A stretch of DNA of 64,000 bases from Candidatus Heimdallarchaeum endolithica (GTDB lineage: Archaea > Asgardarchaeota > Heimdallarchaeia > Heimdallarchaeales > Heimdallarchaeaceae), in contig CP084167.1 in the NCBI GenBank assembly GCA_021513715.1, positions 2,880,001-2,944,000 of the forward strand, in the 5' to 3' direction. Positions within the stretch are counted from its first letter, which is position 1, and every line of letters starts with the position of its first letter. The notes beneath the pieces were generated by a model that searched no databases, was not told the origin of the DNA, and was given only the letters and a program-made list of their open reading frames with translations. Positions 47,101 through 57,477 of the stretch are shown here, one piece after another. The position numbers and the translations under genes were made by a program.

Positions 47101-48429
47101 ATGATATACTTGTCTGATTTCCCAAAAATAATACAAATTGAACCAACAAATTCATGCAATTTCTCTTGCTCTATGTGCTTGTTATCTTTATGGAAAAATA
47201 AGAAAAGAAATTCTATTTCCCTATCACTTTTTGAGAAAATTGCAAAGGAAACATTTCCTCATATCTCTCGATTAGTGTTGTATGGAATGGGAGAACCTCT
47301 AACACATAAGAAATTTCTTGATTTACTGAGAATAGCAAGAAAATATTTGCAAGCTGAAGGAAAAATTGCATTTACTACAAATGGTTCATTGTTTAATGAA
47401 AATATGATCAATGAAGTTCTTGAAAACAATCTTGTAGATGAAATTGTATTCTCGTGTGATACTTTTGAAGGACAAGAGTCATTAGGTCATTCTATGGCTG
47501 TAACAACAGTAAGAAGAAATCTAGATTATCTCCTGAAACATAAAAAACGTTGTAGTATCAAAGTAGGAATCGAAATTGTTGTAATGAAGAAAAATTACAA
47601 ATCCCTTGAAAAATCAATACAAATGTTCTGCAATAAGAAAGTGGATTTTATTACAATTAGTCATATATACCCATATAAAGAACATGTTCAAGATGAAATG
47701 ATGTATACAATGCTTACAAATGAAGCATTAACTATTTTTGAAGAGTCAGGAGAAAAATGGGACGAACTTATACTAGGTGTAACACGAGAAAAATTTGCTG
47801 AATCTATGCAGTTACAATATAGAGAGTTATACAAATACAAAGACAAGTTGGTGAAAAAGGAGAGACCATATTCAGAAAGATACAATGAATTATTGTCTAA
47901 AGCAAAAAAGAAAAATGTTCTTTTAAACACTTCATTATATTTGAAAGAAAAAGAAAAATTAGAACTTTTAAGAGAACTTGAGACAATTTTCAAAAAAATA
48001 GTTCAAATATCAAAAAAATCAGGAGTAAAAGTTATTCTTCCTGATATTATTCCTTCTTTTAAAAACAGAGAATGCCCTTATCAATCAAATAATGCTGTGA
48101 TTATAAGGTCAGATGGGGAAGTTGTTCCTTGTTTTAAATATCTTTATGACCATCCTTCATATTTGGATTATCACAGTAGAGAGTCTTCATTTTATTCTTT
48201 TGGAAATGTGAAAAATAATTCTTTTTCAGAGATTTGGAATGGAACTGATTTTACTTCTTTTAGAAGTAAACTTAGAAATATGAATAAAAATGTCCCATAC
48301 TGTGGGAACTGTAGTTTTTCAACTAATAATTGTTTTTATGTTACAGAAGGACAAAGTGATTGTTGGGGAAATGAACCTTTTTGTTCAGAATGTCCCTATA
48401 GTTTGAATCTTACAAAATGTTTGCTTTAG
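47101..48429 (+). CDS. Radical SAM/SPASM protein, tungsten-oxidoreductase-associated maturase type
   Basis: CNFSCSMC, GMGEPL, SPASM Cys, C-terminal DCWGNxPxCxxCP; divergent from aor. Confidence 0.82.
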   Translation: MIYLSDFPKIIQIEPTNSCNFSCSMCLLSLWKNKKRNSISLSLFEKIAKETFPHISRLVLYGMGEPLTHKKFLDLLRIARKYLQAEGKIAFTTNGSLFNENMINEVLENNLVDEIVFSCDTFEGQESLGHSMAVTTVRRNLDYLLKHKKRCSIKVGIEIVVMKKNYKSLEKSIQMFCNKKVDFITISHIYPYKEHVQDEMMYTMLTNEALTIFEESGEKWDELILGVTREKFAESMQLQYRELYKYKDKLVKKERPYSERYNELLSKAKKKNVLLNTSLYLKEKEKLELLRELETIFKKIVQISKKSGVKVILPDIIPSFKNRECPYQSNNAVIIRSDGEVVPCFKYLYDHPSYLDYHSRESSFYSFGNVKNNSFSEIWNGTDFTSFRSKLRNMNKNVPYCGNCSFSTNNCFYVTEGQSDCWGNEPFCSECPYSLNLTKCLL

Positions 48430-48554
48430 CGTTTGTTGCAATAATAAAATGTTAAGAAAACAAAATAAACTTTTACTTTTAATTATTTTTTTTCTTGATT
48501 TTAAGTTGAAAAAACTAGTATATTTAAGTTTTTCATTCTACAAAGAATTTTTAA

Positions 48555-49277
48555 ATGATAACTTTTTCAAAATTTTCAATGGAAGCAATAATTCTTTGTG
48601 GGGGACTAGGAACAAGAATTAGAACTATTACCCAAGATTCTATTCCTAAAGCAATGGTGAAAATTAAAGGTAAAACGATTTTAGAATGGGAGATAGAGTG
48701 GTTAAACAAGCATGGAATTGTTCATGTTATTCTAGCAGTAAGACATTTAGCAGATTACATACAAAAAAAACTTGGGGATAGTTATCAGACTGAAATAGAT
48801 AAAGTAAAAATTACTTATAGTAGAGAACCAAAAAAACTTGGTTCAGGTGGAGCTGTTCGATTTGCTGAAAGACATGTTTCAGATGAACATGTTATTATTA
48901 TGAATGGAGATGTTTTAACAAACTATAATCTTAAAGAGATGATCAGCGCACATTTAAAAAAGAATTTAACAGGTACAATAGGCGTTTCAATGATGCGTAG
49001 CCCCTATGGGATAGTAGAATTTGATGATAATTTAATGATATCAGAATTTAAAGAAAAGCCTTTACTTAATCATTGGATTCACTCCGGTATTGATATTTTC
49101 CAAAAAAAGGTTTTACTTTCTTTTCCTGAAAAAGGTCAGATGGAAGACAGTATCTTTGTAGAACTTGCAAAGAAAAAAGAACTTTCTGTGTTTAAAATAG
49201 AACCTAAATATTATTGGAGAAGTATTGATACTACTAAAGACTTTCAAGAAGCAGAAAAAGATTGGCCAGGAGTATAG
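48555..49277 (+). CDS. Sugar-phosphate nucleotidyltransferase
   Basis: LCGGLGTR, PK, LGSGG, NGD, FKEKP. Confidence 0.88.
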   Translation: MITFSKFSMEAIILCGGLGTRIRTITQDSIPKAMVKIKGKTILEWEIEWLNKHGIVHVILAVRHLADYIQKKLGDSYQTEIDKVKITYSREPKKLGSGGAVRFAERHVSDEHVIIMNGDVLTNYNLKEMISAHLKKNLTGTIGVSMMRSPYGIVEFDDNLMISEFKEKPLLNHWIHSGIDIFQKKVLLSFPEKGQMEDSIFVELAKKKELSVFKIEPKYYWRSIDTTKDFQEAEKDWPGV

Positions 49278-49280
49278 ATT

Positions 49281-50084
49281 TCACAAAGTTGGATTCCACT
49301 CAAACCTTCTTTGAATATAAACTTGTTCAAATCCTATACTACGATATAAATGCTCCGCTTTACTGTTTAAAACAGTTTGAAGACAGAATTCTGTTTTTTT
49401 ATCCTTGAACATTTTTTCAGAAATAAAGTTTGATAGCATAGCTTTAGCATATCCTCTCCTTTGAAAACGTCTTTTAGTACCAACTCCATAAACACCAATG
49501 AGTTGTTCTGTTTTCATACTACAGAAACATGAAACATCTTTTCCTGAAACATTTCCTACATAGAAATGAATATTATTTTTCATTTGGAGGAGAACCATTT
49601 CTGAGATATATTTTTTTAAATTTCTTGGATATTGAAATGCATCAAAGAAAACATTTAGCCATCTTACGTAATCTTTTTCTGTCAATTCATTAATTTGTAA
49701 GGCTCTATTTCTAAAATATCTAATCTTATCAAAGTTTGAAAGAAACATAACATTTACATCAGTTAACGATCTAAGAAATCTTTTTGTTCTTAGAACTTTT
49801 GAGTTGTAATTGTAATTTGAATCATGTGGGATCTTGACAATAAAGTACTTTTTTCCTTCATCAAAAAAAGAAAAACATTGTTCAAGGAAAAGGTTAAATT
49901 CAGAAGAACCTATTTGTGTTGGAGTTACATAACTATATGTGTCTATCGTATTATTCTTCAAGAAGTAGCCGTGATCATTGCGTAAAACATTAGAATCAGG
50001 CATATAAGTGTAAAACAAGAACTCGTTTAAATCATATTTTTTCCTTTGATTAATTTTTGAATTTGACATTAGGTTCAACAACAA
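49281..50084 (-). CDS. GNAT-family acetyltransferase
   Basis: VGTKRRFQRRGYA acetyl-CoA motif A; LYRSIGF. Confidence 0.85.
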   Translation of the reverse strand: MLLNLMSNSKINQRKKYDLNEFLFYTYMPDSNVLRNDHGYFLKNNTIDTYSYVTPTQIGSSEFNLFLEQCFSFFDEGKKYFIVKIPHDSNYNYNSKVLRTKRFLRSLTDVNVMFLSNFDKIRYFRNRALQINELTEKDYVRWLNVFFDAFQYPRNLKKYISEMVLLQMKNNIHFYVGNVSGKDVSCFCSMKTEQLIGVYGVGTKRRFQRRGYAKAMLSNFISEKMFKDKKTEFCLQTVLNSKAEHLYRSIGFEQVYIQRRFEWNPTL

Positions 50085-50150
50085 CTACTAATATAAGGGC
50101 TTATTATAGTTTACTTTCTTTTATTAAAGCAATAGCATTTTTAATATATT

Positions 50151-50260
50151 TAGTACTTCCGCAATAAGTTGACCGATTTCTATAGGTTAAAATTATAGGC
50201 GTTCATACTATCATTGGCGTGTTCTCAATTCATACTTTTTGAGATAATTCGGAAGTACTA
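50151..50260. mobile_element. 110-bp MITE, copy 1
   Basis: TIR TAGTACTTCCG/CGGAAGTACTA; 6-bp TSD TATATT; near-identical copy at 58718. Confidence 0.9.
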
Positions 50261-50312
50261 TATATTAGCAAAAGATTTTAAAGCACTCTTTTTTTTGCAA
50301 ATATGAAATATA

Positions 50313-50591
50313 ATGAGTACAAAAACAGAAAAAAGTTTTGCTAAAGAAGTAGGAAGAGCAGTTGTTGGAGCTCTAGTTTTAATAATTTTACTGGTTATAT
50401 GGCTTCTTTGGGATAAGATTTATCATATCTTCTATAATGACTTATTTCCAAATGCACCTAAAGGAACACTTCTGATTTATTGGTTGTTATTTCTGTTTCC
50501 AATAGCTTTTGGAGGAATATCATTGCTTGTTGCAGGGGGATATCAAGCCTATAAGATAGCTGCTCCTGAGAAAGAAGAAGAGGAAGAATAA
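50313..50591 (+). CDS. Small two-TM membrane protein
   Basis: Two hydrophobic helices, acidic tail. Confidence 0.65.
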   Translation: MSTKTEKSFAKEVGRAVVGALVLIILLVIWLLWDKIYHIFYNDLFPNAPKGTLLIYWLLFLFPIAFGGISLLVAGGYQAYKIAAPEKEEEEE

Positions 50592-50640
50592 TCTAAACAA
50601 AATATTTTTTTAGTTTTTTCACTATATTCCACTAAAGAGG

Positions 50641-51696
50641 TTGTCTCTATACTTTGGTGAAGAAATGTTCGAAATTGATTTAAACATTCAAAAAGTTATA
50701 ATTGAAGTACTTAAAATCAATCTTGCATTACAAGACGGTGAAAAATTCCTAATTGCTACAGACTATCCATCTACCTTAGATTTGAAATACAAGGAGCCAG
50801 AAATTCTCCAAAGGATGTTTGCAAGGAATTTTCTAGCTCGGTTTATAGAAAAAATTGCAAAGGATAAATTTCCTGGTGTAAAAACAGATTTTATTACATA
50901 TCCATGTCCTTGGATACATTATCCTGAAAATCTAGAAGAGTTTCGTAATATTGTCAATGATTACGATGTGTGTTATGTTCTATCCGAATTTTCAATTTGG
51001 ACTATTTTTAGTTCTCCGGAAGCAAGATTGTTGAAACAGACTAGAGTCGCATTTTCACCAGGATGCGATGAAACTATTTTTCGTCCTTATGGGCCTTTGG
51101 ATATAAACAGTAGTAAACTTGAAAGAGATGTAATGAAAACATATGCAAAAATCAATAAAGGAAAGCATGTAAAAATTTGGAATCACATGGGAACAAATTT
51201 GGAAATAGAATTAACAGGAAATAACTATAATTATATGTATGAATCTGGAATTGTTAATTATCCTGGAAAAAAATCCAATCTTCCTGCAGGAGAAGTGCTT
51301 ATTCTAAATCCAAAAATAAGAGGGGTTTATGTAGTTCCTGCAGGCTGGATTGAGGGACTTAAATCAAATCTTGTTATTGAAATCAAAAATAGTGAGGTAA
51401 CAAAAATTTGCCAACAAGGAGACGACACTTGGCTAAAAAGTAACTACTTTTTGGTAAAATACCCAAATGAAATTACATTTATCTCTGTTGGGCATAATTA
51501 TCAAGCAAACAACCCTTTCCTAATAATTGAAATGATAAAGATGTGTGGATTAGTATCAATAAAAATTAACAATAGGGGATTAAGGGAACTAGATAGCTTA
51601 AATACTAAAGTCTTCTCTGGGCATTTTCCATCTCCAAATGTATACCTCGAAGTAGATGGAGAAGAGATATTTCGTAATGGACAATTTATGCTTTAA
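50641..51696 (+). CDS. M29/aminopeptidase-T-like protein, probably degenerate
   Basis: GTNL, NLPAGEV, terminal VDGEEIFRNG. Confidence 0.6.
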   Translation: MSLYFGEEMFEIDLNIQKVIIEVLKINLALQDGEKFLIATDYPSTLDLKYKEPEILQRMFARNFLARFIEKIAKDKFPGVKTDFITYPCPWIHYPENLEEFRNIVNDYDVCYVLSEFSIWTIFSSPEARLLKQTRVAFSPGCDETIFRPYGPLDINSSKLERDVMKTYAKINKGKHVKIWNHMGTNLEIELTGNNYNYMYESGIVNYPGKKSNLPAGEVLILNPKIRGVYVVPAGWIEGLKSNLVIEIKNSEVTKICQQGDDTWLKSNYFLVKYPNEITFISVGHNYQANNPFLIIEMIKMCGLVSIKINNRGLRELDSLNTKVFSGHFPSPNVYLEVDGEEIFRNGQFML

Positions 51697-51783
51697 AGGC
51701 TTTTAAAAAGTAAAAATTGCTTTTAAACAATTTGAAAGAAAATTGGAAAAATAAACAAAATAAATTAATCAAAAATTTTAAAT

Positions 51784-52017
51784 TTATTGCTCAACACATA
51801 TCATTGTCATCGTTGAACGAACGTTATCTAATGCGCGAAGATTTTCAGTAACAATCTTTTTCAAAGATTCTGTGTCTTCTGCTTCGATTTTTGCAATTAG
51901 ATCATATACTCCGTATACTACGTGAGCTTCTTTCACATTAGGAAGTTCCAATAACTGTTCCATTACGTTATTTTCCTCCCCTATTTCGCTATTTATTAAA
52001 ATAAAAGCTGTTGCCAT
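51784..52017 (-). CDS. Stand-alone Lrp/AsnC ligand-binding (RAM) domain protein
   Basis: VKEAHVVYGVYDLIAKI...VRSTMT; no HTH. Confidence 0.88.
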   Translation of the reverse strand: MATAFILINSEIGEENNVMEQLLELPNVKEAHVVYGVYDLIAKIEAEDTESLKKIVTENLRALDNVRSTMTMICVEQ

Positions 52018-52230
52018 TCTTTCATCACCAATATTAGTTCTATGTGTAAGTATATTTTAATATTAATAAACTTTATTCCTAAAATATACTTTCTACTCAT
52101 TTATTGGTAATAAGATACGGGTATTTTATACATATCCTATGTTATTAATCAACTAGTAATCTCATTGATTAAAAAATGTTTTTTTTCAAATCAAACTGTG
52201 ATGTGAGAAAATTTGATTTATTGAGAAAAT

Positions 52231-53460
52231 TAGTACTTCCGCAATAAGACCTAAACCACCTCATCTTCATAGAAACTCGAATGTAAGAACCATAAGGTGA
52301 AATAGAGCGTAACAGGTTTTGAGCGTTTAAAAAAAGGTTTGTTAGACGGGGGAGTGAAAAAAGAAGGAATAACAGAAGCACGAAAATAGACATATAAAAT
52401 GAGGACGAGAAGGGAAAACAAAGGTACAAGAACCTGACGGAGGGATGATTGGTGGTTGTAGAAAAACTAATACTCTTGAGAAGGCGGTAAGAAGTCTCTA
52501 TACTCCACCTATGACAATACTCGTAGATATGCTGGTCAGAGGTGATCATCCAACTGATACAAACAAACCAATCTTTTTGCTTTGGGAGCCAATAAGCATG
52601 TAACATGACTTCCGTAGTTAGTTTCACCTTGTCCACTTCTCATCGTGTAAGGAACAGAAATTATTTTACCTGTTTTAGGAAAAGTTACCAGATAAGACTT
52701 AATCTTCTTGTTTTTCTTTCCGCGCTCCAATGACAAAAGGAATAGTGTAGGCCTGTAATAGTTTCACTACTTCAACAGAATAGAAACCTCTATCTGCATA
52801 CAACACCTTTATGCTCTTGTTTTTAAGGCTAAACTTGTCGAAAAAGTATCCCAAGAGCCCCTTTCTAGAATTAAATGTTGAAACTGGAAATGCACCCAAA
52901 GGAAGAAAACCATAGGGGATTTGACTGTTGACACCGTGATATATCGATAAAACCATTCATTTTTTTTATACTGGTGGATATACTCATCTCTTTTTTTCCC
53001 ATAATATCGTATGCCCATTGTGTCTACTGCCAATATCAATGGACTCTTTATTATCTTCTTGCTTTTTAGTAGTTCTGCACACTGCTGAAATAAGGGTTGA
53101 AAAACCTTGAAATATTTCTATTCAGTTTGTTCAGGTGGTGACGAATTGTATCTCCGTCTTTGGTCGAAAACTGTTCAGCTGACTGTTCAATAGATGTTTG
53201 GTCAACAGAACAACAGCCTCCAGAACGGTCTTTTTAACTTCCGCTTTTATTTCTACTTTTTTCTTCTGTCCTTTATGAGGGCAATCCATCTTTTTAATCA
53301 AGTGACAAACTTTTATACTTGTTTTACTATATTTTCTTGTGGGTTGAAAGTGTTTTTCAAAAAAACTTTTGATTGATTTTAATAGGTTGAAGTTACAAGT
53401 TTTCATACTATTATTGTCGGGCTTTTAACCCATAACTTTTGCGATAATTCGGAAGTACTA
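52231..53460 (-). mobile_element. Decayed ISH3/IS4-superfamily insertion sequence, 1230 bp
   Basis: TIR TAGTACTTCCG at both ends; 6-bp TSD GAAAAT (52225-52230, 53461-53466); DDE transposase fragments inside. Confidence 0.92.
52245..53406 (-). pseudogene. Frameshifted DDE transposase
   Basis: LAVDTM..RYYG, LYADRGFYS and YxxRWSIETSYR lie in different frames (5 ORF pieces). Confidence 0.88.
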
Positions 53461-53483
53461 GAAAATAAAGAAAAGAATTTAAG

Positions 53484-53942
53484 TTGGAGTGCAAGGAAAA
53501 GAATATGGAAAATATATCAAGGTTAAATGAAAATTGTTTTGCATGTGGAAAAAACAACCCTATTGGACCCAAATTAGAGTTTAGTATTAAATCTGAAAAT
53601 CAAGTAGAAACAAGTTTTACTCCGCCACAAGAATGGAGTGGTTGGGGGGAAATAGTTCACGGAGGATTACAAACTGTGATTCTAGATGAAATTTCGGCTT
53701 GGACGATTATTCTTCTCACTAAAAGATTTAGTTTGACGATAAAAGCAAGTGTTGAATTTTTAAGACCTTTATATGTTAATGAAAGCCTAACGGCTACAGC
53801 AAAAATTGAAAAAATTGAAGAAGGTATTATCTATGTATCTAGTGTAATTTTAAATGAGAAAAAGAAAATATGTACAAAAGGTAGATTTATTTTTAAAGAA
53901 GTTTCAGAAGAAAAACTTGCAAGTGTTGCAGTTAAAAGATAA
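53484..53942 (+). CDS. PaaI-family hotdog thioesterase
   Basis: CFACGKNNPIG, VHGG, LDE. Confidence 0.88.
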   Translation: MECKEKNMENISRLNENCFACGKNNPIGPKLEFSIKSENQVETSFTPPQEWSGWGEIVHGGLQTVILDEISAWTIILLTKRFSLTIKASVEFLRPLYVNESLTATAKIEKIEEGIIYVSSVILNEKKKICTKGRFIFKEVSEEKLASVAVKR

Positions 53943-54080
53943 AAGATTCTCCTATATTCTTCTTATTTTTTCGTTTTTTGTAAAATTTTTTTACAATTAC
54001 AGATACTTATGAAAAATATTTATAAAAGGAATATCTTTGAATATTATTGATATGGGGTTTAGAATACATGGGGAAAATAA

Positions 54081-55511
54081 ATGAAAAACGAACAACATAA
54101 GCTACTACATAAATTTGAAGAAATGGAAATAGAACAAAAAATTGTTGAAATTGTTGAAAGTTCTATAGATAGACAAAAAGATAAATTAACAGATTTTGAA
54201 TTCTACAGTATTTTATACATTAAAGCCAGAGCTAATTTTATTCTTAGGAATTTTGAAGAAGCGAAAAAGATTATCTCTCAAATAGAAAAATGGGCATTAG
54301 ATCATAATATTGAATTACTTGTAAAAAGTAAAGTGTTAGAAGCTAATTGCTGTACTATTACAGGACAGTTGGTTGAAGCACAGAAAAATTTCGAAGAAAT
54401 TTTCACGAAATATCCTGAAATAAAGGAATTTCCTTTTTATACAAATATTATTATTAATTATGGGCACACTTTTTTCTATCAAGGTAAAATAATTGATGCA
54501 AATAGTCAATATATAAAGGCTTTAACTGTAGCAAAAGAACGAAATCTTCGCCAGGATAAAATAAAAAATAGCCTTGCTCTAACATACATTCAATTGGGTA
54601 ATTATGCAAAGGCTATAAAATTATTAGAAGAAGTCATCAAAGAAAAAGAAAGAATGAATGATTTTCAAGGATGGACAATTGCCAAAGTTAACTTAGGTTC
54701 AATATGTAGCTACTATGGTGATTTTCAAAGAGCTAATGAAAATATAGATGTTGCAATAAAATTTGCAGAAGAAAAATTGTTCATGAGAGAGCTAGCAGGA
54801 GCTCATTCAGCTAAAGGTTTGGTTTTGCTTAAAGAAAAGAAGGTGTTAAAAGCCCAACAACATTTAGAAAAAGCAAAATCCATACTTGAACAGATTAATG
54901 TTAAAGATATTCTTCCTGAAGTGTTAGTAAGGCTAGGCTTCATATTTTTTCTACTTGGTGAATATGAAAGAGTTGAAACTATTATAGATACTATTGAGAA
55001 AATTGCTGAAGAACAAAAAAGTACTCTATTCTTAGTTTGGAGTATTTGCTTAGAAACAATGGTGAAATTCGAAAAAGATCAAGATAAAAGTGCCTTAAAG
55101 CAGATTGACAAAGTTCTTGATATTTCATTAGAGTTTAACATTATTCCTGCTTTTATCCAAGCATCAATCTTAGCTCTCTATATCTATGCAGCAATTGAGG
55201 ATATTGAACAAGTAAATAAAATATCAATTCGTACTTTAAAAGTTGTTAAGGAGAAAGAGATAAAAATAGTACAAATCCAACTTTATATTATTTTAAGTTT
55301 TATAAATTTAATTTTAAATGATTATAATACACTTATGAACTACTATAATAATTTATTAAAATTAAACGAAGAAAACCTATACCCTGATGATATTAAAAAA
55401 TTAAATTGTTTTGTTGAACATAGAAGAAAGACAGGTAATTCTGTTGGTATAGATAATGAAATTCGCAATGTGCTTATTGATTTTCTTCAAAGAATAAGTC
55501 CTTGGTTTTGA
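54081..55511 (+). CDS. Tetratricopeptide-repeat protein
   Basis: Repeated NxG/LA..Y...G.Y.KA helical units. Confidence 0.82.
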   Translation: MKNEQHKLLHKFEEMEIEQKIVEIVESSIDRQKDKLTDFEFYSILYIKARANFILRNFEEAKKIISQIEKWALDHNIELLVKSKVLEANCCTITGQLVEAQKNFEEIFTKYPEIKEFPFYTNIIINYGHTFFYQGKIIDANSQYIKALTVAKERNLRQDKIKNSLALTYIQLGNYAKAIKLLEEVIKEKERMNDFQGWTIAKVNLGSICSYYGDFQRANENIDVAIKFAEEKLFMRELAGAHSAKGLVLLKEKKVLKAQQHLEKAKSILEQINVKDILPEVLVRLGFIFFLLGEYERVETIIDTIEKIAEEQKSTLFLVWSICLETMVKFEKDQDKSALKQIDKVLDISLEFNIIPAFIQASILALYIYAAIEDIEQVNKISIRTLKVVKEKEIKIVQIQLYIILSFINLILNDYNTLMNYYNNLLKLNEENLYPDDIKKLNCFVEHRRKTGNSVGIDNEIRNVLIDFLQRISPWF

Positions 55512-55682
55512 CCTATTCTACTTTTTCTTTTTTTTTCATTCCGTCCATTCTATGCCTAAAACGTAGTTTATTACGATTAAGTTTTTTATCAGCAACATTT
55601 ATATCAAATAAAGATAATCTTATATTGTTACACTGTTGAGTATAATTTTTATCCTCATTTTGTAATTTAAAGGTGATAAAAT

Positions 55683-56102
55683 ATGTTTGATACTGTTGGT
55701 GAATGGTTAGATAAGATGGAATTAAAATATCAGAAAAATGAAGAAAAGAGAACTTTTGTTCTTCCCTATGACATTAACAATGTGAAATTTATGGTGATTA
55801 TCCTAGTCTTTCCTGAAAAATGGATAAAAATAGGTGCACTAATATTGAGAGCAGAAAAAGTTACAGAAGAAATGTATTTAGCTCTACTTCAAGAAAATTG
55901 GAACTTGTTCGAAGTTACATATTCTGTTGACGAGCAAGGTAACATTTTTTCAGAAAATGATATACCCCACACCTCTAATTATGAAAACTTTGTATCTGAA
56001 TTTCAAGCTGTAATTTTTGGTGTGATAAACTTCTTTGAGAAAATAGCTCCAAAATTCCAAGCTAAGGCAGTAGATACCTATAATTCTGAAGCATGGGTTT
56101 AG
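55683..56102 (+). CDS. YbjN-like (T3SS-chaperone fold) protein
   Basis: Size and the LLQENW..F...YSVDEQG pattern. Confidence 0.55.
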   Translation: MFDTVGEWLDKMELKYQKNEEKRTFVLPYDINNVKFMVIILVFPEKWIKIGALILRAEKVTEEMYLALLQENWNLFEVTYSVDEQGNIFSENDIPHTSNYENFVSEFQAVIFGVINFFEKIAPKFQAKAVDTYNSEAWV

Positions 56103-56134
56103 TTCTTATTTTGCTTCTTTCTTTTTTTATCTAT

Positions 56135-57370
56135 TTATTTTGGTTTTCTTATAGTTAGATAACCGAGTGAGCTGAGAAATCTTCCTATTGTAATTACAAT
56201 TAGAAGATATGTAATAGCTTTCCATTTTCCTAGTGATGTGAACATTATTTCTGCAATTAAACCAAAAATCAAAGAACCAAAGAACATAGATATTCCAAGA
56301 AAAAGGTTATATATTCCAGTATAAGTTCCTTTTTCTTCAGTAGTAGCACAATCAAGAATAAAACTATTTTGTCCTACAATAAAGATAGCGTTACTCATTC
56401 CTGAAACAGCTGAACCAATAGCTATAACCCACCAATAAGACCACCAGAGGACGGTAAAAGCAAGATTTAGAGGAATGTAAAACATGAAAACTCTACCAAA
56501 GAAGAGTAAAGTTTTTCTGGGAATTATGTTTATTATTTTGTTTACAATAAGTAATGTCAAAATTTGCGCTATACTAAAGGCTGCCCAAATAAATGTATTT
56601 TCTTGTGCGGTGGCATATTCTGCTCTAACAAAACCAAAAATAGGCCACCCAGCAGACATAAAGAAAAACATAATTGAGTTTATAAAAACGAATCTTCTAA
56701 ATTCTCTATTTTTCTTAATTGGAGCTAGTGAAAAAACAGTTTTTTCTTGAAGTTTTTTTACTGGAGGATCAAAAATGAATAGAGTTACACAAACGCTTAA
56801 TATAAATAGTAAAGCAGTAACACGTAAAATAATAGAATATTGTTTAAATGTAGTATCTCCTAAACTTCCTATTTGCCCAACAACCAAGAGAGAAGAAAGT
56901 GTGGCTATCGCTCCAACTATAGTAATCATACTGATTAGCCCTGCTCTATTATCTCTATTTGTCAAATCACCTTGTAAGGCAGTAAAAGCAGGATAGTAAA
57001 TGGCATATCCAAATGAAAAAATAATTACAGCAATTAGAAGAACCCAACCTTTTGAAATTAAAGGAAAGAAAAAAAGAGCTAGTCCAGAAAATAGAAAACC
57101 AAAAATTAGCATTACCCTTCTACCGATTCTGTCAGATATTCTTCCAAAAGTTGATTGAAAAATTTGCTGAATAAGGTTTCTGCTTGAAGTAATCAAAGAT
57201 ATAGTAGCTGGAGAAGAACCAATTATAACAGCAAAGAGTTCAATAAAAAGCCTAGCAATAAAACTAGCAGCTGTTCCAAAGCCTGTAATAAGGTAAAGAA
57301 CTGTTTTACTGAGATTTGAAGAAGAATAGAATGTTCTGTATCTAGCATAAATTTTTTTGAAATCAGCCAT
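56135..57370 (-). CDS. MFS transporter
   Basis: GRISDRIGRR motif A; ~12 TM helices. Confidence 0.92.
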   Translation of the reverse strand: MADFKKIYARYRTFYSSSNLSKTVLYLITGFGTAASFIARLFIELFAVIIGSSPATISLITSSRNLIQQIFQSTFGRISDRIGRRVMLIFGFLFSGLALFFFPLISKGWVLLIAVIIFSFGYAIYYPAFTALQGDLTNRDNRAGLISMITIVGAIATLSSLLVVGQIGSLGDTTFKQYSIILRVTALLFILSVCVTLFIFDPPVKKLQEKTVFSLAPIKKNREFRRFVFINSIMFFFMSAGWPIFGFVRAEYATAQENTFIWAAFSIAQILTLLIVNKIINIIPRKTLLFFGRVFMFYIPLNLAFTVLWWSYWWVIAIGSAVSGMSNAIFIVGQNSFILDCATTEEKGTYTGIYNLFLGISMFFGSLIFGLIAEIMFTSLGKWKAITYLLIVITIGRFLSSLGYLTIRKPK

Positions 57371-57477
57371 TATTCCATAAATAAGAAAATTGTTTTTAAA
57401 TTTAAGTTTTCACAACTTATTAATCAACGATTTGAAAGTTCTTGTTGTTAAACCTATAAGTATTTATTCAATTCTTT

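Noticed and set aside
52169-53406. Programmed frameshifting producing an active transposase
   Set aside because: Several independent frame breaks are needed; decay (or sequencing error) is more parsimonious.
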